Source: the human T2T-CHM13v2.0 reference genome, Homo sapiens. From it: a stretch of 64,000 nt of DNA. The position numbers were made by a program, and so were the translations under genes. The stretch is from the NCBI RefSeq assembly GCF_009914755.1, contig NC_060930.1; one strand, 5' to 3'. Within the stretch, counting starts at the first letter, position 1. Every line of letters starts with the position of its first letter. Under the pieces are notes generated by a model. The model worked only from the letters and a program-made list of their open reading frames with translations. It was not told where the DNA came from and searched no databases. Of the stretch, positions 54,801 through 64,000 are shown one piece after another.

Positions 54801-57800
54801 GAGGCCTTCGTTGGAAACGGGATTTCTTCGTATGAATCTAGACAGAAGAATTCTCAGAAACTTCCTTGTGATGTGTGCATTCAACTCAGCGAGTGGCACC
54901 TTCCTTTGGATACAGCAGTTTTGAAACACTGTTTTTGTAGTATTTCCAAGCGGATATTTAGAGCGCCTTGAAGCCTATGCTAGAAATGGAAATATCTCCC
55001 CATAAAACCAAGACAGAAGCAATCTCAGAAACTAATGTGTGATGGCTGCATTCCACACACACGGTGGACCATTTCTCTTGATAGAGCAGTTTTGAAACAC
55101 TCTTTCTGTAGAATCTGCAAGTGGATAATTGGACCTCCTAGAGGCCTTCGTTGGAAACGGGATTTCTTCATCTAAACCTACAGAGAAGAATTCTCAGTAA
55201 CTTCTTCGGATGTGTGCATTCGACGCACAGAATGGAACATTCCCTTTGATAGAGCAGTTTTGAGACACCGTTTTTGTAGAATTCCCAAGTGGATATTTAG
55301 AGCACTTTGAAGTCTCTGCTAGAAAAGGAAACATCTTCATGTAAAAAGTAGATAGAATCGTTCTCAGAAAGTGCTTAGTGACGTGTGCGTTCAACTCACA
55401 GAGTTTAACGTTTCTTTTGATAGAGCGTTTCTGAAACACCCTTCTTGTAGTAGCTGCAAGTGGATATTTGGACCTATTGGAGGCCTTCTTTGGAAATGGG
55501 ATTTCTTCATGTAACTCTAGATTGAAGAGTTCTCAGAAACTCCTTTGTGATGTGTGCATTCAATTCAAAGAGTGAAACCTCCCTTTTCACAGAGCAGTTT
55601 TGAAACACTGTTTTTGTAGGATTTCCAAGGGGATATTTATAGCGCATTGAGCCTACGGCGGAAAAAGAAACATCTTCCTATAAAAACTAGACAGAATACT
55701 TCTCAGAATCTGCTTTGCGATGTGTGCGTTCAACTCACAGAGTAAAACTTTTCTTTTGATAGAGCAGTTTTGAAACACTCTTTTTGTAGTATTTGCATGT
55801 GTATATTTAGAGCGCATTGAAGCCCACAGTAGAAAAGGAAATAACTTCACCTAAAACCTAGACAGAAGCAATCTCAGAAACTACTTTGTGATGTGTACAT
55901 TCAACTCACAGAGTGGAACTTTCCTCTTTATAGAGCAGTGTTGAAACACTCTTTTTGTAGAAACTGCAAGTGGATATTTGGACCTCTTTGAGGCCTTCGT
56001 TGGAAACGGGATTTCTTCCTATAACCCTAGACAGAAGAATTTTCAGAAACCTCATTGTGATGTGTGCGTTCATCTCACAGAGTGGAGTCTTCCGTTTGAT
56101 AGAGAAGTTTTGAAACCCTGTTCTTGTAGGATTTCCAAGTGGATATTTAGACCACTTTGAAGCCTATGATAGAAAAGGAAACATCTTCATGGAAAACATA
56201 GATAGAATCATCCTCAGAAACAACTTTGTGATGTGTGCGTTGAACTCACCGTCTTTAACCTTTCTTTTGGTAGAGAAGTTTTGAAACACTCTCTTTGTAA
56301 AGTCTACAAGTGGATATTTTGAGCCCTTGGAGGCATTCTTTGGAAAAGGGAATGTCTTCACATAAAAGGCAGACGGAAGTGTTCTCAGAAACTGCTTTGT
56401 GATGTCTGTGTTCAACTCACAGAGTTTAACATTTCCTTTGATAGAGCGGTTTAGTAACCCTCTCTTTGTAGAATTTGGAAGTGTATACTAAGAGCGCTTT
56501 GAGGCCTATGGTAGAAAAGGAAATATCTTTCCATAAAAGCTAGACAGAAGCAATCTCAGAAACTCCTTTGCGATGTCTGCATTCAACTCACCGAGTGGAA
56601 CATTCCTCTTGAGAGAGCAGTTTGGAAACACTCTTTCTGTAGAATCAGCTTGTTTGTATTTGGACCTCCTTGAGGCCTTCGTTGGAAACGGGTTTTCATC
56701 TTATAAACCCAGACAGAAGAATTCTCAGAGTCTTCTTTGTGATGTGTGCTTTCAACTCACCGAGATAAAGATTTCTCTTGATAGAGCAATTTGGAAACAC
56801 TCTTTTTGTAGAATTTGCAAGGGTACATTGAGAGCGCTTTCAGGCCTATGGTAGAAAAGGGAATATCTTTCCATAAAAGGTAGACAGAAGCAATCTCAGA
56901 AACTACTTTGTGATGTGTGCATTCAACTCACCGAGTGCAACGTTCCTCTTGACCGAGCAGTTTGGAAACATTGTTTCTGTAGAATCTGCAAGTGGATATT
57001 TGGACCTCTTTGAGGCCTTCGTTGGAAACGGGATTTCTTCCTATAAACCCAGACAGAAGAATTCTCAGAGACTTCTTTGTGATGTGTGAATTCAACTCAC
57101 AGTGTGGATCCTTCCTTTTGATAGAGCAGTTTTGAAACCCTGTTTTTGTAGTATTTCCAAGCGGATATTCGGAACGCCTTGAAGCGTATGGTAGAAAAGG
57201 AAATATCTTCCCATAAAACCTAGACAGAACCAATCTCAGAAACGACTTTGTGATGTCTGCATTCAAGTCACAGAGTTGAACATTTCTCTTGATAGAGCAG
57301 TTTTGAAACCCTCTTTCTGAAGGATCTGCAAGTGGATATTTGGAACTCCTTTGGGTCTTCGTTGGAAACGGGATTTCTTCGTATAAATCTAGACAGAAGA
57401 ATTCTCCGAAACTTCTTTGGTTGTGTGCATTCAAGTCACAGAGTGGAACCTTCCTTTGGATAGAGCAGTTTGAAACGCCGTGGTTGTAGTATTTCCAAGC
57501 GGATATTAGAGCGCCTTGAGGCCTATGGTAGAAAAGGAAATATCTTCCCATAAAACCTAGACGGAAGCAATCTCAGAAACTACTGTGTGATGGCTGCATT
57601 CCACACACACGGTGGAACATTTCTCTTGATAGAGCAGTTTTGAAACACTCTTTCTGTAGAATCTGCAAGTGGATAATTGGACCGCCTTGAGGCCTTCGTT
57701 GGAAACGGGATTTCTTCATGTTACTCTAGATAGAAGAATTCTCAAACACTGCTATGTGATGTTTGCATTCAAGTCACAGAGTGCAACATTCCTCTTGGTA

Positions 57801-60800
57801 GAGCAGTTGGGAAACACTCCTTTTGTAGAATCTGCAATGGGATATTTGGACTTCTTTGAGGCCTTCGTTGGAAACGGGATTTCTTCGTATGAATCTAGAC
57901 AGAAGAATTCTCAGAAACTTCCTTGTGATGTGTGCATTCAACTCAGCGAGTGGCACCTTCCTTTGGATACAGCAGTTTTGAAACACTGTTTTTGTAGTAT
58001 TTCCAAGCGGATATTTAGAGCGCCTTGAAGCCTATGCTAGAAATGGAAATATCTCCCCATAAAACCAAGACAGAAGCAATCTCAGAAACTAATGTGTGAT
58101 GGCTGCATTCCACACACACGGTGGACCATTTCTCTTGATAGAGCAGTTTTGAAACACTCTTTCTGTAGAATCTGCAAGTGGATAATTGGACCTCCTAGAG
58201 GCCTTCGTTGGAAACGGGATTTCTTCATCTAAACCTACAGAGAAGAATTCTCAGTAACTTCTTCGGATGTGTGCATTCGACGCACAGAATGGAACATTCC
58301 CTTTGATAGAGCAGTTTTGAGACACCGTTTTTGTAGAATTCCCAAGTGGATATTTAGAGCACTTTGAAGTCTCTGCTAGAAAAGGAAACATCTTCATGTA
58401 AAAAGTAGATAGAATCGTTCTCAGAAAGTGCTTAGTGACGTGTGCGTTCAACTCACAGAGTTTAACGTTTCTTTTGATAGAGCGTTTCTGAAACACCCTT
58501 CTTGTAGTAGCTGCAAGTGGATATTTGGACCTATTGGAGGCCTTCTTTGGAAATGGGATTTCTTCATGTAACTCTAGATTGAAGAGTTCTCAGAAACTCC
58601 TTTGTGATGTGTGCATTCAATTCAAAGAGTGAAACCTCCCTTTTCACAGAGCAGTTTTGAAACACTGTTTTTGTAGGATTTCCAAGGGGATATTTATAGC
58701 GCATTGAGCCTACGGCGGAAAAAGAAACATCTTCCTATAAAAACTAGACAGAATACTTCTCAGAATCTGCTTTGCGATGTGTGCGTTCAACTCACAGAGT
58801 AAAACTTTTCTTTTGATAGAGCAGTTTTGAAACACTCTTTTTGTAGTATTTGCATGTGTATATTTAGAGCGCATTGAAGCCCACAGTAGAAAAGGAAATA
58901 ACTTCACCTAAAACCTAGACAGAAGCAATCTCAGAAACTACTTTGTGATGTGTACATTCAACTCACAGAGTGGAACTTTCCTCTTTATAGAGCAGTGTTG
59001 AAACACTCTTTTTGTAGAAACTGCAAGTGGATATTTGGACCTCTTTGAGGCCTTCGTTGGAAACGGGATTTCTTCCTATAACCCTAGACAGAAGAATTTT
59101 CAGAAACCTCATTGTGATGTGTGCGTTCATCTCACAGAGTGGAGTCTTCCGTTTGATAGAGAAGTTTTGAAACCCTGTTCTTGTAGGATTTCCAAGTGGA
59201 TATTTAGACCACTTTGAAGCCTATGATAGAAAAGGAAACATCTTCATGGAAAACATAGATAGAATCATCCTCAGAAACAACTTTGTGATGTGTGCGTTGA
59301 ACTCACCGTCTTTAACCTTTCTTTTGGTAGAGAAGTTTTGAAACACTCTCTTTGTAAAGTCTACAAGTGGATATTTTGAGCCCTTGGAGGCATTCTTTGG
59401 AAAAGGGAATGTCTTCACATAAAAGGCAGACGGAAGTGTTCTCAGAAACTGCTTTGTGATGTCTGTGTTCAACTCACAGAGTTTAACATTTCCTTTGATA
59501 GAGCGGTTTAGTAACCCTCTCTTTGTAGAATTTGGAAGTGTATACTAAGAGCGCTTTGAGGCCTATGGTAGAAAAGGAAATATCTTTCCATAAAAGCTAG
59601 ACAGAAGCAATCTCAGAAACTCCTTTGCGATGTCTGCATTCAACTCACCGAGTGGAACATTCCTCTTGAGAGAGCAGTTTGGAAACACTCTTTCTGTAGA
59701 ATCAGCTTGTTTGTATTTGGACCTCCTTGAGGCCTTCGTTGGAAACGGGTTTTCATCTTATAAACCCAGACAGAAGAATTCTCAGAGTCTTCTTTGTGAT
59801 GTGTGCTTTCAACTCACCGAGATAAAGATTTCTCTTGATAGAGCAATTTGGAAACACTCTTTTTGTAGAATTTGCAAGGGTACATTGAGAGCGCTTTCAG
59901 GCCTATGGTAGAAAAGGGAATATCTTTCCATAAAAGGTAGACAGAAGCAATCTCAGAAACTACTTTGTGATGTGTGCATTCAACTCACCGAGTGCAACGT
60001 TCCTCTTGACCGAGCAGTTTGGAAACATTGTTTCTGTAGAATCTGCAAGTGGATATTTGGACCTCTTTGAGGCCTTCGTTGGAAACGGGATTTCTTCCTA
60101 TAAACCCAGACAGAAGAATTCTCAGAGACTTCTTTGTGATGTGTGAATTCAACTCACAGTGTGGATCCTTCCTTTTGATAGAGCAGTTTTGAAACCCTGT
60201 TTTTGTAGTATTTCCAAGCGGATATTTGGAACGCCTTGAAGCGTATGGTAGAAAAGGAAATATCTTCCCATAAAACCTAGACAGAACCAATCTCAGAAAC
60301 GACTTTGTGATGTCTGCATTCAAGTCACAGAGTTGAACATTTCTCTTGATAGAGCAGTTTTGAAACCCTCTTTCTGAAGGATCTGCAAGTGGATATTTGG
60401 AACTCCTTTGGGTCTTCGTTGGAAACGGGATTTCTTCGTATAAATCTAGACAGAAGAATTCTCCGAAACTTCTTTGGTTGTGTGCATTCAAGTCACAGAG
60501 TGGAACCTTCCTTTGGATAGAGCAGTTTGAAACGCCGTGGTTGTAGTATTTCCAAGCGGATATTAGAGCGCCTTGAGGCCTATGGTAGAAAAGGAAATAT
60601 CTTCCCATAAAACCTAGACGGAAGCAATCTCAGAAACTACTGTGTGATGGCTGCATTCCACACACACGGTGGAACATTTCTCTTGATAGAGCAGTTTTGA
60701 AACACTCTTTCTGTAGAATCTGCAAGTGGATAATTGGACCGCCTTGAGGCCTTCGTTGGAAACGGGATTTCTTCATGTTACTCTAGATAGAAGAATTCTC

Positions 60801-61160
60801 AAACACTGCTATGTGATGTTTGCATTCAAGTCACAGAGTGCAACATTCCTCTTGGTAGAGCAGTTGGGAAACACTCCTTTTGTAGAATCTGCAATGGGAT
60901 ATTTGGACTTCTTTGAGGCCTTCGTTGGAAACGGGATTTCTTCGTATGAATCTAGACAGAAGAATTCTCAGAAACTTCCTTGTGATGTGTGCATTCAACT
61001 CAGCGAGTGGCACCTTCCTTTGGATACAGCAGTTTTGAAACACTGTTTTTGTAGTATTTCCAAGCGGATATTTAGAGCGCCTTGAAGCCTATGCTAGAAA
61101 TGGAAATATCTCCCCATAAAACCAAGACAGAAGCAATCTCAGAAACTAATGTGTGATGGC
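45876..61160 (+). repeat. HORs U17-U21, five 18-mers (starts 45876, 48933, 51990, 55047, 58104)
   Basis: Anchors 46023, 49080, 52137, 55194, 58251 and 61308 are each 3057 bp apart. U17 and U18 are haplotype B; U20 and U21 are haplotype A. Confidence 0.95.
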
Positions 61161-64000
61161 TGCATTCCACACACACGGTGGACCATTTCTCTTGATAGAG
61201 CAGTTTTGAAACACTCTTTCTGTAGAATCTGCAAGTGGATAATTGGACCTCCTAGAGGCCTTCGTTGGAAACGGGATTTCTTCATCTAAACCTACAGAGA
61301 AGAATTCTCAGTAACTTCTTCGGATGTGTGCATTCGACGCACAGAATGGAACATTCCCTTTGATAGAGCAGTTTTGAGACACCGTTTTTGTAGAATTCCC
61401 AAGTGGATATTTAGAGCACTTTGAAGTCTCTGCTAGAAAAGGAAACATCTTCATGTAAAAAGTAGATAGAATCGTTCTCAGAAAGTGCTTAGTGACGTGT
61501 GCGTTCAACTCACAGAGTTTAACGTTTCTTTTGATAGAGCGTTTCTGAAACACCCTTCTTGTAGTAGCTGCAAGTGGATATTTGGACCTATTGGAGGCCT
61601 TCTTTGGAAATGGGATTTCTTCATGTAACTCTAGATTGAAGAGTTCTCAGAAACTCCTTTGTGATGTGTGCATTCAATTCAAAGAGTGAAACCTCCCTTT
61701 TCACAGAGCAGTTTTGAAACACTGTTTTTGTAGGATTTCCAAGGGGATATTTATAGCGCATTGAGCCTACGGCGGAAAAAGAAACATCTTCCTATAAAAA
61801 CTAGACAGAATACTTCTCAGAATCTGCTTTGCGATGTGTGCGTTCAACTCACAGAGTAAAACTTTTCTTTTGATAGAGCAGTTTTGAAACACTCTTTTTG
61901 TAGTATTTGCATGTGTATATTTAGAGCGCATTGAAGCCCACAGTAGAAAAGGAAATAACTTCACCTAAAACCTAGACAGAAGCAATCTCAGAAACTACTT
62001 TGTGATGTGTACATTCAACTCACAGAGTGGAACTTTCCTCTTTATAGAGCAGTGTTGAAACACTCTTTTTGTAGAAACTGCAAGTGGATATTTGGACCTC
62101 TTTGAGGCCTTCGTTGGAAACGGGATTTCTTCCTATAACCCTAGACAGAAGAATTTTCAGAAACCTCATTGTGATGTGTGCGTTCATCTCACAGAGTGGA
62201 GTCTTCCGTTTGATAGAGAAGTTTTGAAACCCTGTTCTTGTAGGATTTCCAAGTGGATATTTAGACCACTTTGAAGCCTATGATAGAAAAGGAAACATCT
62301 TCATGGAAAACATAGATAGAATCATCCTCAGAAACAACTTTGTGATGTGTGCGTTGAACTCACCGTCTTTAACCTTTCTTTTGGTAGAGAAGTTTTGAAA
62401 CACTCTCTTTGTAAAGTCTACAAGTGGATATTTTGAGCCCTTGGAGGCATTCTTTGGAAAAGGGAATGTCTTCACATAAAAGGCAGACGGAAGTGTTCTC
62501 AGAAACTGCTTTGTGATGTCTGTGTTCAACTCACAGAGTTTAACATTTCCTTTGATAGAGCGGTTTAGTAACCCTCTCTTTGTAGAATTTGGAAGTGTAT
62601 ACTAAGAGCGCTTTGAGGCCTATGGTAGAAAAGGAAATATCTTTCCATAAAAGCTAGACAGAAGCAATCTCAGAAACTCCTTTGCGATGTCTGCATTCAA
62701 CTCACCGAGTGGAACATTCCTCTTGAGAGAGCAGTTTGGAAACACTCTTTCTGTAGAATCAGCTTGTTTGTATTTGGACCTCCTTGAGGCCTTCGTTGGA
62801 AACGGGTTTTCATCTTATAAACCCAGACAGAAGAATTCTCAGAGTCTTCTTTGTGATGTGTGCTTTCAACTCACCGAGATAAAGATTTCTCTTGATAGAG
62901 CAATTTGGAAACACTCTTTTTGTAGAATTTGCAAGGGTACATTGAGAGCGCTTTCAGGCCTATGGTAGAAAAGGGAATATCTTTCCATAAAAGGTAGACA
63001 GAAGCAATCTCAGAAACTACTTTGTGATGTGTGCATTCAACTCACCGAGTGCAACGTTCCTCTTGACCGAGCAGTTTGGAAACATTGTTTCTGTAGAATC
63101 TGCAAGTGGATATTTGGACCTCTTTGAGGCCTTCGTTGGAAACGGGATTTCTTCCTATAAACCCAGACAGAAGAATTCTCAGAGACTTCTTTGTGATGTG
63201 TGAATTCAACTCACAGTGTGGATCCTTCCTTTTGATAGAGCAGTTTTGAAACCCTGTTTTTGTAGTATTTCCAAGCGGATATTCGGAACGCCTTGAAGCG
63301 TATGGTAGAAAAGGAAATATCTTCCCATAAAACCTAGACAGAACCAATCTCAGAAACGACTTTGTGATGTCTGCATTCAAGTCACAGAGTTGAACATTTC
63401 TCTTGATAGAGCAGTTTTGAAACCCTCTTTCTGAAGGATCTGCAAGTGGATATTTGGAACTCCTTTGGGTCTTCGTTGGAAACGGGATTTCTTCGTATAA
63501 ATCTAGACAGAAGAATTCTCCGAAACTTCTTTGGTTGTGTGCATTCAAGTCACAGAGTGGAACCTTCCTTTGGATAGAGCAGTTTGAAACGCCGTGGTTG
63601 TAGTATTTCCAAGCGGATATTAGAGCGCCTTGAGGCCTATGGTAGAAAAGGAAATATCTTCCCATAAAACCTAGACGGAAGCAATCTCAGAAACTACTGT
63701 GTGATGGCTGCATTCCACACACACGGTGGAACATTTCTCTTGATAGAGCAGTTTTGAAACACTCTTTCTGTAGAATCTGCAAGTGGATAATTGGACCGCC
63801 TTGAGGCCTTCGTTGGAAACGGGATTTCTTCATGTTACTCTAGATAGAAGAATTCTCAAACACTGCTATGTGATGTTTGCATTCAAGTCACAGAGTGCAA
63901 CATTCCTCTTGGTAGAGCAGTTGGGAAACACTCCTTTTGTAGAATCTGCAATGGGATATTTGGACTTCTTTGAGGCCTTCGTTGGAAACGGGATTTCTTC
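61161..64000 (+). repeat. HOR U22, 18-mer truncated by the window end
   Basis: Contains the segment absent from 15-mers (ttctccgaaacttctttggttg at ~63516), so it is an 18-mer. Confidence 0.93.

Larger units (their letters stand above)
1..64000 (+). repeat. Alpha-satellite higher-order repeat array (centromeric; SF1-type A/B dimer backbone; 18-mer HOR), most likely human chr6 D6Z1/S1C6H1L
   Basis: Seen: ~170-bp monomers with alphoid motifs (ctcagaaact..tgtgatgtgtgcattcaactcacagag; gatagagcagttttgaaacactc; tgcaagtggatatttgga), CENP-B boxes CTTCGTTGGAAACGGGA, near-identical repetition at 3057 bp, one GGATCC per unit, and no strand switch. Established knowledge: D6Z1 is an ~3-kb 18-mer BamHI HOR. 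Alpha-satellite identity is essentially certain; the chr6 call is about 0.85. Confidence 0.98.

Noticed and set aside
148-63665. All six-frame ORFs (60-207 aa), e.g. 1882..2505 (-)
   Set aside because: They are translations of alpha-satellite monomers (recurring FQNCSIKR and EAFVGNG strings), repeat with the HOR period, use non-ATG starts in several cases, and resemble no protein family I recognise. They were used only as positional and SNP markers.
100-63993. CRISPR-like pattern of a conserved 17-bp repeat with spacers
   Set aside because: The repeat is the CENP-B box, the intervening sequences are homologous alphoid monomers rather than unique spacers, and there are no cas genes.
1-64000. 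Transposon insertion (L1/Alu), inversion or a novel gene-based system
   Set aside because: HOR spacings of 3057, 2551 and 3056 bp account for every base, leaving no room for foreign sequence; all boxes seen are on the same strand.

Overview
The whole 64-kb window is primate (almost certainly human) centromeric alpha-satellite DNA. It is a head-to-tail, single-orientation higher-order-repeat (HOR) array of ~170-bp monomers with an A/B dimeric (~340 bp, SF1-type) backbone. The canonical HOR is an 18-mer of 3057 bp with one BamHI site, which best fits the chromosome 6 live array D6Z1 (S1C6H1L); this assignment is from recall, not a database search. With units numbered U1-U22 from position 1, there are 15 complete 18-mers, six 15-mer deletion variants (2551 bp) and one partial 18-mer, in the order 18,15,18,15,18,18,18,18,15,18,15,18,18,15,18,15,18,18,18,18,18,(18 partial). 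I found no genes, transposons, RNA genes or CRISPR arrays; the listed ORFs are by-products of the repeat. I do not see a new gene-based biological system. The interesting signal is the array's mutational history, read by eye from about 15 variant sites: a 506-bp deletion mapped to a 21-bp identity window beside a CENP-B box, an old internal B-A-B trimer duplication that the deletion collapses, a SNP haplotype tightly linked to the deletion, nested duplications (5608 bp, 3057 bp and 14,273 bp), an apparent one-HOR insertion splitting a haplotype, and very short conversion-like tracts. SNPs were compared by eye and through the ORF track, so additional variants may have been missed.
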